DNA of 63,674 bases, the filler included, from Polymyxa betae A26-41 (taxonomy: Eukaryota > Protista > Endomyxa: Phytomyxea): assembly GCA_003693705.1 (NCBI GenBank). It is 7 parts of 7 records of this genome, joined end to end, with 100 filler letters (N's around TTAATTAATTAA, not from the genome) between each part and the next. Parts side by side here need not be neighbours in the genome. Positions count along the whole stretch, not along the records: positions 24,032 to 42,298 come from RBZT01000367.1; positions 42,399 to 50,612 come from RBZT01000030.1; 5 more parts are not named here. One strand, written 5' to 3'. Each line of letters opens with the position of its first letter. Position 1 is the first letter of the stretch. A program made the translations under genes and the position numbers. This document shows positions 35,627-49,367 of this stretch, one piece after another. The notes below the pieces were generated by a model that saw only the letters and a program-made list of their open reading frames with translations, did no database searches and had not been told where the DNA came from.

Positions 35627-38600
35627 TGGATTTATGAAATCCAGAATAAATTGAATGTCACGCCATGAAAGAGTCCGGGAGACCCAAGTTCAATTCCGAA
35701 GAAAAACTAAATTATAATTTACTGAATTTAACTCCAAACAGTCAAGCAAGAAGAGCTGGTCGATTAAGACGGAAGAGTTCATTAGGGTTTAGGGTTAGGG
35801 TTACCATCCCCGGATGCAGATCTGCTCACGATGTTTGTAAAAGATATCTCAAATTTTCGGATCTGATTTCGACTACTACAAGGTCGCAAATATTGTAAAG
35901 AAAAGGATCCAATGACACGGCGGCGTTTTTGAATTAAAGTCCGATCTGATCGCCGGCTCAATGATAGTTTCGTCCGAAACGCTTCGATGAAGGCATATTG
36001 CGACATTTCTGGCGACGTCGTGATCCATGATGCCTTGTTAAGGCTTTCGAGGTTTTCAATTTGGGCTCGCCTCATAGCACCTATATAACAGATCAAGGAG
36101 CTGCGTTTTACAGCGAATCGCCGGAACAAAATTCTGCACTAAACATTACGCAAACGGGGTGTTTGCGGCCAAGATCAGATCCGTGAATATGAGACTTTCG
36201 TTTCACTTTTTGATACGGTCTCTAGGCTTAGGCGAACTGGCAGATGATTTCATCAGCGATATGAATTCAGCTATCTGTTCTCGACAATCTGAAGCTGAAC
36301 TTCAATCGGCAGAATTGCAAGCAAAAGAGATATAGAGAGCAAGCGCTGCCGCAAGCAATGCGAACTCATTCAGCCAGCCCTTGATAATGGTTTTTTACAA
36401 GCTCGTTTCGGGTTCTCTTTGCATCATTAAGACTTTGGAATCGATTTATCATATCGCAGTGTATTTTGTTTTTGAGATCAACTGATATTTCCCGTATTGA
36501 GTTCGTGCTATGTGCTTCATATCCTTTCTATAAAGATCCACGAACACTGGGCATTTATCTTCTTATTATCAATCATTTTCTCCATAAAATCGCGAAACTT
36601 CATGGCATCATCCAGACTGCCAAACGTTCGGCCAATTCGCTTTCTATATAGGAAGCAAAACAGAACTCTGTAACCTTTTCCGTCATTCCGTTTCATGATA
36701 TTTACGTACTGGTTGTTATCGACTTTGTTATTCCCATTCTTCTGAATTGTTACACATCGTTAATTATCCACATTATTGCTCACTTTGTTTCTGTCAATAT
36801 GATCAACCACTGGGCGATTAGAAAGTATTTTCATTAAAGGCCTGGGCGACCAATCTATGAACCTTCCGAGTGTATCGTACGTTGTTTTTGTACACAACCA
36901 CAAAGTAAAAAACCATTAAAACTTTCCTTTTTTACTGTAAACATTTCCATTGTGTCAACGTTTGTTCAAATGACGGTAGACAGATGATTAGGTACAGATA
37001 ACAGAAGACAAAAAATTGAAGGCAAATGACTGATGATAGAGATACAGCTTGACCAAACCCTAAAACCCTAAAACCCTGCCAGTGATATACATGTCCTCGA
37101 GCCTAGACGAGTTTTTTCGAAGAGAGGAGTTTGTAGAATGTTTCCAGAAAAACACTCTTTATTATATATATCAACGGCCCTATATTCAGGACGAACTCCG
37201 CCACAGACTTGAATCGACTCCGTGACGGAATAACCGGTCTGGGAGCTGGAATACAGACTGAACTTTGCCTCGATCTTGAAACTTGAATTCGTAGAATTGC
37301 TACATCATTGAAGTCGATAAAATAATCTGAAAATTCACTAACAAGCTGTAATAAGACCATTGTATGATAGAAGAGATTTTTTATCACTTCTTGAATCATG
37401 TGTAGGAGAGGAGGCGAGTCGCGCAGTCACGACAATCTCTCTGTCGTGATGGAGTCGTCGTCATTGGGAGGGTCTCTCGAGGACAAGATCGCTTCACTCG
37501 AACGCAAACTGGACGATGCTGAAGCTGATCTAAAGTCCGCAAATGACGCTGGTAATGCTTATTTAATTAGCGCCTATGCCCCATCGTTGCCGCAATTCGC
37601 ATCAAGCCTTCGCAAACAAGCTGGGGACAAAGACATTGTCATCATCATGTTTGAAATCCTGGTAGATCATGACTACAGTCACGTGCTCTTCTGGTCAAAA
37701 ACGGCTAGCTGGTTATCCTTTTTAACAAAAACGTCCCAACTAACAAACCGATTAAAACGAATCAACCATTACTCGGAAATTTAATGGGCTATACACCTCC
37801 ACCTAAAATCAAGAGCGACGAATCTAACTACACATCTGCAATCATCAAATGCGGAAAACCCAACGAAGAACAAAACCAGGCCGTCAGAAAACTCCTGCAG
37901 AACAGTTTGCTTTTTGTTCTCAGACTATATTGTTGGAATCGCCTCGATGTCCTACGGAGCAAGTGCTTGGAGCAACGCACGATATATGGCCAAAATTGGT
38001 GAAACTACAAATCCTGAGGCGATTGCAGAGTTCCAAGCTCGCGGAAACTTAACGGACGTGGAAACGGCACGTGACAATTATTTGGGCAAGAGGTTTCGAC
38101 TCAAGATCCTCGGCTTTTGTTCTGCTCCGTTGATATACCTCGGCTGGCCTTTATTCGTGCGCAACTGGAGTATGGATGGTTGACTTTCCTTTTGAATCTG
38201 CCGTTGAATCCTAAATCCAATCGTTCTATTTCTGGAGTACTATCAGAAGCTAGAAACTTGAGATTGTTCGAATATGATGGAAAAAAATAATCATATTACC
38301 GTAGTTAATATTCATTTCAGCTGGATTTCTATTTCTAATTCTACAATAATGAATTCATAAGTAGATTCAATGAACAATAACCAATCGACTCGCGGTGACT
38401 AACGGGGAGCCAACGGATTTTGAAGGTAATAAAAGGATGTATTGAATACGGTTTCACAAATAGAGAAAACCGATTCTAAAATGAATCGGTTGTAAACAGG
38501 GTTGGGAAAGGTATAGTGGCCGACTCATCCGTTGACATGGCTACTCATCTGCTGTCTTTCATCGCCATTACGAACTGCTGCGGCCCTAGAACGCCGCTCG

Positions 38601-38899
38601 GCTGTAGCACGTAGTGGGCGCTGGGAAGTAGTGAAATTTTGAAAATTTTCAGAATCTTTCTCGTTATAGAACTACATGGGTGTAACAAATAGATAAATCC
38701 AATCCAATCCATATTGGACCATGTTTTACTGATTAAGTACTCTTGATACTATAGAGCAGGACATTGTCCAGTATGTCCAGGACAGTAATTGTGTCTTGAA
38801 CATCATTATTACAATGATGTTCAAGACAGTATAGTATTGGATTTAGAGAATCTCGGCGATATTCACTCAGATCAGATGATGGGTTCAAATTCTGCTTCT

Positions 38900-40400
38900 T
38901 CAGTTCATCATTCATTCGCTGAATACATTCCAGCATGTGCTTCTGTGATATATTCAGAAATTGCAAAGAAACTTGAACACAGAAATACCATCTCAATTCC
39001 GTTCATAGAATATCTCAATAGACAATGAGCAAGATTATCTCTATCACAAACTAGTTGTGATTCGATGGAGTATTTCTTATTTTCACTGACAATGAGAGTC
39101 TCAAATCCGCACTGTTTACTGTTGCCTTTGTGCCTAGGACAACGATCCCGAATGTCACAATGCGAAAACGGATTTCCCCATCGAGATTGGAAAAATCCGA
39201 AGATCATTCTGACAGCATCTTGTAACACATGAAAGTACAGAGTAACAAACTCGTAGCCAGCTCTCACATCCATCACGTCTCGTGCTCAATTTCGGGTCGG
39301 TAATCTTGGCCCGAACTATTCTTAGACATAAACTGGCCACCAATATCAACTTCTGTAAAGTGGTCTCCGATGTTGAGATTTCCGAGGTTTCGGTCAATAT
39401 GATCTGATCATCGAGAACTTTGATAATAAGAGGGTTTCTTGCAGCGCGTTTTCTGCCCATTGGTGGGAACAATATGTTTGAGTTTGTAAGAAAAGCGTAC
39501 TCGTCATCATCAGGCTGCTTTTTTCTGAATTACAGATTTAGAGTGATATTCCCCATTTAATATGAATAAATCTCACCAGAAGAGCACACAGAGTAGTGCA
39601 CTCTGTGATCTTCTCAGCACCAGAATCGAAAGATTTCAGAAATTCCGGAAAAACGAAACAGTGGCAGTTTGAGTTCTTTTGGTGGTGAAGAAAATTTCAT
39701 CCGTTTTAAGGACGGATTTTTTCGTCATTCTGTAGACCAGGAGTGTTAAGAGAGAAGAAAGAACTATCGCGGACCTGATTCATAGACTGATCGGCAGTTA
39801 ACGATCGGCATTCATTTCCGGAGCATCTTTTCTGGAGTGTCCGATGATTGAAGGGATTCCCCCAGACTGTTTGAAATCTTCGGAGATCTTTCTGACAGCA
39901 TTCCATGACACATTGTAGTACAGGTCGACAGACCTGATACCACCAACTCCGTATTCTCCCATCAACTTTGCTCCAACACCAATCGTACTTCCGGAAGGCC
40001 CAGATCAATTTCCGATACAGGTTCGCAATCAGAATCAGCTTTTGTAATGTGCTCCGAGCATAACGAATTCGTTTAAATTCGCTCACATCCAGATCATGTC
40101 CTTTCACAATAGTAATAAATTGAGAATTGATCTTAGAGCATTGAACTGCATCACCAACGGACTTTGAAGACAGAGCAAGAAGTTCTTCATCATTCGGCTC
40201 TTTAATCTAAGATACTGTCAATATACAGAGGGACGAAAAGCTCATCAAAATTCACCAGAAACTTGCAGAGACTGTTATAATCATTGATATCAGTCACATC
40301 ATGATTAAACGAATACTCGGTTACTGATGAAGACTCGTCAATATGAGGACGTTTTCGGGAGATAGTTTCAACTGGGTCATCATTCTGATTAAGCAAATAT
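38900..40400 (-). pseudogene. Two copies of an unrecognised Cys/His-rich domain, frameshifted
   Basis: TTLQKLILVASL..VCYSVLSCVTRCCQNDL../FQSRWGNPFSH..RC and STLQKLILIANL..VCRPVLQCVMECCQKDL..FQTVWGNPFNH..RCSGNEC. Confidence 0.6.
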
Positions 40401-41049
40401 CAGCGATTTCTAAGACATGAAACTTGATATGAAAGCATTACATTAATAGTTTCCTGAATAGGAGGAAAAGCCGGAACATATCTGTATGATGTAATAAAGA
40501 TGTTGATGTTGATAACATTTCAATATCAGGTTGACTCCCAGTTAATATCTGAATAAGAAATCAATATTAAAAGATCACAGTTATATAATCATTTCATACA
40601 TCAAGTTTTACAGCCAGGTTATTGAGGAATCTAAGAGATTGTTGAAATAGGGATGATCTGAGAAATTTTGGATTTGATATTCATGATAGAGAATAGGTTC
40701 CTATATGGCGTGTTAGAAAGATGTGACTTCTCTCTGGCGCAGAGATCATACTCTGGGCTCTGTAACGTGAAAATCGAGAGGAGAGACCCCATCAGGAGTG
40801 ACTTCCTGATAGTCTGTAACATTACCAGGCTCAGAAGTGAATGTAGCCAAGCACTCTGATAGGCTCAGTATCACGAACACAATCGCTGGACCGACCATTT
40901 CGAAGCTCTGTAATTTGGTCTAAAATCGGTTTAACTAATGTTTAAAGACGGTTTCCTCTTTTAGGCTCGCGAGCTTGCGAACTCGCGCAGCCCCCTCAGC
41001 GCACTTCCAGACTCGCGCACTTCCAAGCTCGTCTACTTTCGGTTTATCT

Positions 41050-41900
41050 CATCATAAGATCATAACAATAGAATCGCGAAAAGTTCCATCTAAAATCGTA
41101 AAGTCTCCGTACTGCCGAGCGTATGCAGCCATTGACGATGTCTGTATAAGAACAACCTCTATCTGCAGGGAGTCATCAAAGGGAATGTCGAAGACTCCCG
41201 ATTCTTCCTGAATATCTGCTTACCTTTCTGCATGAAAGAATTGACTGCGTCTTTGTCAGTACCGAAAGCCTTTTGTTTTGCTTTGGCTTTCAATCGATAG
41301 AGTAGGCCAGCATCGAAAGCAACGTTGGGCCACATATTTCGAAGAATTTCGAGAGTTATAAAGTCGCAAAATCAAGAATAGAAGATTTCTCGCCAGCGCT
41401 TAATTCAGAATCGCGGGTCTTAAATAAGATGCCACCGATAACAACAGCTGTTGAAGAATGGCTCTATATTAAATTTAGACCATCTGCTTTGAAATAATGC
41501 TCTCAACTAACAAATCGAATGTAAATGAAACATTAAAAGTGCATGTTTCCTTTCCAGATAGACTATAAAAGCGACAGCGTTGTACTACATCGTCTCTATC
41601 GAATAGCTGCTGTGATCTTTCAACATCCATCTTGTGGCCTGTTCGTGCAATCGAGAATCCGTTTTCACCAGCAATGTACTGCATAAATGGGAGCATACCA
41701 GTGTCAAAGGATGAAAATAGTCGAAGTGAAATATCGATATCGACAGAGCAATTCGTTGATTTGTCCAAATTTTCATGTACAGCCGATTCTTCAATTTGCA
41801 GGCCGCAAACATTCTTCGTCGCAGACGAAGCACAATCAACCTCATTCAGAGGAGATAGCCCGAATGGCACAGACTTGGTTGCAGCCGTAGATATTGATTC
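41050..41900 (-). mobile_element. Degenerate MULE-type transposase remnant
   Basis: ENGFSIARTG..RCRFY..CTFNVSF (FAR1-like) and YARQYGDFTILDGTF (first DDE aspartate region) in shifted frames. Confidence 0.55.
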
Positions 41901-42795
41901 TATAGGAGGAAATGGACCTGTCAGACGATCTTGGCTGGGATCGGCCCTATTCTGTCATGTAATAGAACCAACTTTTTGACACAGCCATCATAATTTTCGA
42001 CTGAGAGCTCCGTTGCGGACTCCGTGCGTCCTGAGGTCCTGGATCCCGACCAGCCGCCTGCTTGTGATCGTAGAAATCGGACGCTGAAGCGCAGTCTCTG
42101 ATCGGATTGAGCCATGGAGGTTTGCGCTGTCTGCAATGAAAGCGTCAAAGGATCTCATCGGTAATGGTTTGTTGCTTTTGAGTAACGTAAATGCTGAAAT
42201 ACTTGTGATTTAAGGTGTCCGGAATGTAATCGGGCCGTCCACCGATTCTGTGGAACTGCTTACGGGAAAGATGAAGAGGGATTTGGACAGAAAATTTGNN
42301 NNNNNNNNNNNNNNNNNNNNNNNNNNNNNNNNNNNNNNNNNNTTAATTAATTAANNNNNNNNNNNNNNNNNNNNNNNNNNNNNNNNNNNNNNNNNNNNAT
42401 TTTTACTGCAGTTAAAGAAAAAAATTAGTTTAATGTAAATATCTGGAGGCACTCCTTTAAAAAATTTCGGCAGATTCGATATTTTTAAATCGGGATACAT
42501 CCATGATCTATACATGTATATACATTACAAAAACTGTAATTTTAAAATGACATAAAATTTAATTGTTATTTTTTTAACATTCATTTTACCCTTTCACAGT
42601 CGAGCCGTTCAACTCCGTGCGCACTTTCTCGGCTCATGTCTCCGTTTTTGGCCATCAGAGACTGGGACGACAGTGCGAGACACAGTGGCGGACTTTGTTT
42701 ACGGGACACCGGTTCCTCGGGTCGGCCTTTCGGTCTCTCTCATTTCACATTGTCGTCCCTCCCATTTCAGAGTGGCCGTCTCTCACTCATTTGTT

Positions 42796-45700
42796 ATGGC
42801 GATGGCGATGCTGGCCTTCTGGGCTCTATCATGTCTGGCTCTCATGGTTCGCGGCTCTCCAACGCCGCTGCTCCAAACTCCAGGAGCGTCTTTGGCGACG
42901 CAGCCGAGAGTCGGAGCAACATTATTTTCTCCAAAATTCTCCCAGTTGCGAACTTCTCCATCGGTCAGATAGCTCTCTCTTCAATCGTCTTGTTCACATG
43001 ATCTTCAGGGCCGTTTATTTTCAACATCGCAAGATCGGGTCGCGTTCTTACAGCGCAGTTCCTCTCTGATTACGAATTCCGTTCAGTACTCTCAAGCTAT
43101 CATCGTTGAACAGGATGACTCTGAGGCAAAAAAATCCTTGATTTTTTATGACTCAGAAGATGCACAGTGTATGTCCATTACAAACTCTTCATTTCTGTGC
43201 GATTGCAGTTGATCGGCAGATCCCAATTGACCTGGTAAGCCAGTCTTTTAGTTTTCATACGGTCTGTTTCTGTTCTTTTTTTCTGATTGTTGATAAAAAA
43301 TGTGGTTCGTCTTATGAGAGGCTTTGTTTGATGATGTTGTATACACTCTTACTGATGTTTCACAATTTTTATTGTAGTTTATCAATCTATGTTGTTTTCT
43401 GTTTCCAGTGATTGCCTTTCTCAATTTTTCATGTTTTTGAGTCAAGAATCTGAACGTCGTCCAGCCTACGGACTCGCTGGAACCGAACTGGGCTACCGCA
43501 AAGCTCGAACTGAACGATGGGACAAGTTTGTTGGGATTCTCGATTGGCGCTGATACAAGCATGTCCGGTGAAGTGGTCAGTCACTCGTGCTCGTTTTCCG
43601 CAAAGTTTTCTCAGAACTCGATCAGGTTTTCTACACTGGAATGACAGGCTATCCGGAAACTTTAACTGATCCATCCTATAAAGGCCAGATCCTTGTCTTT
43701 ACCTATCCTTTAATCGGCAATTACGGTATCTCAAAAATCCACTCGCTTAACGGCAACTGACGATTCCTCACAATCAGGTGTTCCTCCGGAAGACGTGCTG
43801 GACCACCTGGGCCTACCAAAATACTTCGAATCTGACCAGATCCATGTTGCCGGTGTGGTGATCGCCTGCTATTCGCACGAATATTCGCATTGGAATGCGG
43901 CGTCGTCACTCAGCGATTGGTTGAAGAAGCATAATATCCCGGCCATCATGGGCGTCGATACGCGTCTCCTCACGAAACGCATTCGCAATCGAGGTCGGTG
44001 GTCGTACTGGTCCGGCACTCACTCCATCTCAGTCGTCATTTCAGGTGCCATGCTCGGCAAGATCATCGTCAACGACGTCGACGTTCCGTTTCACGACCCG
44101 AATAGTCGTAATCTGATTTCAGAGGTAGTTTCCTTCACTGTTGGCAATTTGGACGAATTCTGAGGATTTGCCAGGTCTCGCGATCTGAGCCCCAGGTGTT
44201 TGGTAACGGCCCTACCAAGATCGTTGCTGTCGATCTCGGCATCAAGAACAACATTATCAGGTCTAGAAACTATGTTTTTTATTCGATATTTTCAACTCTG
44301 CCATTTCATCATCAATCATTTCGATTTTATCTTGATAATTTGGAAGATTCTTCTAAACCCTAACTCAGATATCTGGCTCGAGATGACGTGACTCTAACTG
44401 TCGTCCCTTGGGATTACGATTTTACCAAGGAGCAGTACGACGGTATTTTCCTGTCCAATGGACCTGGTCAGTGGCCTTCAATTTCGTTTGTTCTCATTCG
44501 ATGCTGATAAGGATGTTTAGGAGATCCAATGCGGGCTCAGGCCACGATCAAGCACCTTCGTATCGCCCTGGAAGGAGAGACGCCCATCTTCGGGATTTGT
44601 ATGGGACATCAAGTCCTCGCTCTCGCTGCTGGTGCACAGACCTACAAAATGAAATTTGGGAACCGCGGCATGAATCAGGTTCAACGTTGCTCTTTTTCAA
44701 TTTGATTCGAAGCTCTACTGCTTTTTATTTCTCAATGCAAATTGTATCTCTTTTTTCTATTTTCAAGTATGCCTGTTGTAGATTCTCATTGCGAGTTTTT
44801 TCTCATTGTCAAGCGTTTGATTGTTTTTCATTCCCCAAATTTGATTCGAATTTTTTCTCAATGCGAAATCTTTCCAAAATTCTCCTTTTTGTTGTATTCT
44901 CTCCTTCAATACGCACAATGTTGACGCTTTGGCTCAGCCTGTGATTGATCTGCGAACGACTCGATGCTATATCACATCCCAGAATCATGGTTATGCTGTC
45001 CTAGACGAGTCTCTCCCAGCGGATTTCGTCCCTCTCTTCCGTAATGCCAACGACAACAGTAACGAGTGGATTGCCCATCAGTTCAAACCGTTCTTCAGCG
45101 TTCAGGTAGTTCACGTTTCCTGTTACATTTTTGACCCATGACATTGCGTTACAGTTCCACCCAGAAGGTGCCGGTGGTCCAACAGATACTGCCTTCCTGT
45201 TTGATATGTTTTTACAGCGGATTCGGGTATGACATTTTGTTTTCCTTTTTCTCACACGTTTCCGTATCTTCTGACTTTTTTCTTCGCGCTCGCTATCAGT
45301 AATCTCTTAATTGTTCAGAGCTTTTCTGTGAAGTTTTTCAAGATTTCCCGGGTTTTCTCAGACAGATTTTTCAGGTCACAAATGTTCTTCTTTTTGGATT
45401 TGTTCCCACTTAACTTGTTCTCACTTATCGATCCTTGATTTCAATCCTTTTTTCGATAAGTTTTTACAAGTACGCCAATTCTGCTTTTATTTTATCCGCC
45501 TGACTTTTCGGGTTTTAGACTAAGAACACGTTGATAACCGTCCCGGTAGCTTTAAACGAAGAACCAGTTCGAAAAGTGCTGCTTCTGGGATCTGGTGGTC
45601 TCTCTATCGGACAAGCAGGTTGGAATATTTCTCAGTTTGAAAGAAGTCGCAATCTCATTGTGATTCAGGTGAATTTGATTACAGCGGTTCTCAAGCGATC

Positions 45701-48700
45701 AAAGCATTGAAGGAAATGAACGTGGAGGTGGTTCTGGTGAACCCGAATATTGCCACGATTCAGACGTCGAAAGGCATGGCCGATAAAGTACGCAGCATGA
45801 TCGATGGGTTGGGGTTAGGGTTTAGGGCTTTCTTTCAGGTTTATTTCGATCCAGTCACTCTTGATTCGGTCACCGAGATTATCGAGAAAGAACGACCCGA
45901 TGGTCTCCTTCTGCAATTCGGTGGTCAGACCGCTTTGAATTGTGGTCTCGCTCTGGAAGAATCTGGCGTCTTAGAGCGTTTAAATGTGAGCCTCTATTCA
46001 ACCCTCTTCATTAGTCTCTCCTTTCATTCTGGATAATGAGTTTGAAAGTTTTAGCTCTCATTTTGGCTTTCGAATTTCTAATTGCACTTTCTTTCCCGAT
46101 TTTCTGTCGTTTCTTGCTGTTGTTCCGTACTCTTTTGACAATATGCTTGTTTTTCAAGATATTATTTCGATTGTACCGCTGTTAGTATGATTCTGAACTC
46201 TCGATCTGGTTCAGTTTTACTGCGATTACATATTTGCATTTTTACCTTTTAGTTTCTCCCTTTTGCATTGGAACAATTAGTTATTGTTTATCATTGTTAT
46301 CAGACTGATGACCAAATTGTGTTCGTTTTTATCTTGTAACACTATCTATCTTTCACTCATATTTAACCCGTCCATGCTGTTATTTATGACCTTTCAGGTT
46401 CGCGTTCTCGGCACCAGTATCGATACAATCCGCGCCAGCGAAGATCGCCAAATCTTCGCCGACAAAATCGCGGAAATTGGTGAGAAGGTTAGGGTTTAGG
46501 GTTTGTGTTCGATATCGCCTCACTCAGCATCCTTCCAGGTAGCGCCTTCTGGTACCTGTTCAACAGTGGAAGACGCCCTGGAGATCGCTGGCCAACTCGG
46601 TTATCCCGTCCTGGTTCGGTCGGCGTTCGCTCTTGGAGGTCTCGGGTCCGGATTTGCTGACTCTCCTGAGTCGCTCTCCGACCTCGTTCGACATGTATGG
46701 GATCAATATCAATGTCTTGGAAACCCTAAACCCTAACTTGCTGTAGGCACTCTCATGCTCGAATCAGATCATCATCGACAAATCGCTTCGAGGGTGAGCA
46801 GCCATTCTTTCCTGTTAACGAAAGCTTTTTTATTTCGTTTTTGCCCTCCTTTAATTTTTTTCGTTTAGTCCCGGGTTTACAATTTTTGCTCTCAATGGCA
46901 TAATTTGACTTTTTTTCTATTAAAGAATTGCACTGGATCCTTTCGCATTGCTGTTTTGAAGAATTTTTTTATAGACCGTTCTTTTTTTGAAAAAATTTCG
47001 ATTTTTGGTGTTTTTCAGAATGGTTTTGTTGACACTCTCGACAGATGGAAAGAGGTCGAATACGAGATCGTTCGCGATCGTCAAGACAATTGCATCGCTG
47101 TATGCAACATGGAGAATTTCGACCCACTCGGCATCCATACCGGCGATTCTATCGTTGTTGCTCCATCACAGACTCTATCAAATTCCGAATATTATCTATC
47201 GCCTTCGTAATGTATGGACACTACTGATTCGAGGGTTTCAGTTCTTCATAGTTTTCTGGCACATTTCAGATTTGGGGAATGCTGTTCTTTTTCACAACTT
47301 TTCAGTTTTGTCTTGTCGCTCGATTTCTTATTTTGGCCTTGTTCATATTTTGACAACTATTTCAAGGTTTCCCATGACCTTTCCGTTTTCAGGAAGTTTC
47401 CATATTACTCGATTTTTTATTTGACATTGATGTTGTTTAGGCGTCTTTGAAGATCGTTCGCCACATGGGAGTCGTTGGCGAATGCAATGTTCAGTTCGCT
47501 TTAGATCCCAATTCGGAAGAATACTACGTGATTGAGATGAACGCCCGCCTCAGTCGTAGCAGCGCTTTAGCATCAAAAGCGACCGGTAACTGTTTTTTCA
47601 GGCCATCTTTGTCTTTTTGTTTGTAGATTTTCACTGAACAATTTCTGTCATTTTATTCATCTGGTTCTTGTTACAGGATATCCACTCGCTTATGTTGCCT
47701 GTAAACTTGCTATGGGTATGAATCTAACTCAAATCAAAAACTCTGTGACAAAGAAGACGGCCGCCTGCTTCGAGCCCAGGTATCAATTTCTTGGTTTTTT
47801 CTTCTCTCAGTTTGCTGTAAAACAAATGTCCAAAATTCTTAGGAAATCTCACCAAACTGGCAAAAATCGTCGTTTTTTTTTCTTTTTTTTCCTTAGTATA
47901 AATTTCTCTGAATATCCTCTAGTCTGGATTATGTCGTTGTCAAGATGCCGCGGTAGGTCCAATCCTCCCGATTTGCTTGCGTGTGACAATCTCCATTTCG
48001 CCTAGATGGGATCTTCGTAAATTCTGTCATGTTAAGAGCGACATTGGAAGCAGTATGAAGAGCGTTGGAGAGATCATGTCCATTGGGCGAACGTTCGAAG
48101 AAGCATTCCAGAAAGGTTGTGTCTGTTGTCAAACCCTAAAAACCTTGCTGAATTTCTGCTCAGGGGTGCGAATGGTGAATTCCGATCTGGATGGATTTGG
48201 TGACGTCAATGGAAGCATTGATGCCCTAACTCGTGAAGAGTTAGACCATGAACTTATGAACCCATCTGACCAACGTCTTTTACATCTTGCTGCCGCTTAC
48301 CATCGAGGTTCTGGTTCCGTTTTTGTAATGTTTTTATTCCTGCAGATTATTTCAATCATTGAGATTTGTCGTTCTGTTTGGCAAAGTTGCTTTTTTTAAA
48401 TGTATTCACTGCTCTAAGTGCATTTGTTCCATCCGCTTTTTTCTTTCTCTTTGCCTTAGTCTGAAGCCTTTCACAATGCCATTTCTGTTATGCTGTTCTT
48501 GTTATTGATTATGATTCAGGTTATACTATCAACGAGATCTTCAATCTGACCAACATCGATCGGTTCTTCCTGCATAAATTGCAGAACATCATCAAGATCG
48601 ATTCGACTCTTTCCTCCGCATCGTTGCTTTCAGGAATCACGCCGGCCCAGATTCTGGAAGCCAAACGTGCCGGGTATGTTGGCCCTGAACTCATCACATT

Positions 48701-49367
48701 TCCACGCTCTGATGAATCATTGATGACTCAGATTTAGCGATAAACAAATCGCTCGTTGCTGCGGCATCTCTGAGAAGGAGGTTTGTACTTGTTCCGATTT
48801 CCAATTTCGAAATCTCTCTGTTTCTCCTACTTTTGTTTTCTTGAGCTTTTTTCCAATGTTGCGGAATTGAGGTTGCTCATGACTTATGCAGGCTCGTTCG
48901 TATCGGCAACAACATGGAATTGTCCCGTTTGTTAAGCAGATCGATACTCTTGCGGCTGAATTTCCAGCCATGACCAACTACCTCTACATGACCTATAATG
49001 CTTTCGAGCACGATGTCCAATTTGACAGCCGCGGTGCGAATTCCTATTTTTCCAAAGTTCTCCGAATTGTTCCGAATTCCTTTCTGGACAATTTAACAGC
49101 ATCATCTGCTTTTTATTTTACTTTTCGGAGTCATGCGAATCTTCATTTGTTTCTAACTCTTTTCTGCAGGTGTGGTCGTACTAGGCTGTGGCGCCTATCG
49201 AATCGGGAGCAGCTGCGAGTTCGATTGGTGTGCAGTTTCATGTCTTCGAACTCTGCACTCTTTTGTCGACGCCATCAATTCTCATCAATTTCAATCCGTA
49301 ATTCATCGCTTCTCGATCCACTCCAACTCTATCAAATTCTTCAGGGAAACCGTCAGCACCGATTATG
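42796..49367 (+). CDS. Fused glutamine-dependent carbamoyl-phosphate synthetase (small + large subunit), more than 20 exons, N-terminal extension, two frameshifts, 3' part not in this contig
   Basis: [24 protein letters not shown]; SNGPGDP; [10 protein letters not shown] (catalytic Cys kept); SQNHGY; SVQFHPE; direct linker to [22 protein letters not shown]; QFGGQTALN; [13 protein letters not shown]; [20 protein letters not shown]; [11 protein letters not shown]; [11 protein letters not shown]; ETVSTDY. Confidence 0.92.

Noticed and set aside
39155-39900. WGNPF motif suggesting DUF4326
   Set aside because: Surrounding residues (no YIGR upstream, no CWC..CH downstream) do not fit that family.
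40640-40879. Possible solo LTR (TGTT...AACA)
   Set aside because: No matching flanking TSD and no second copy in the window.
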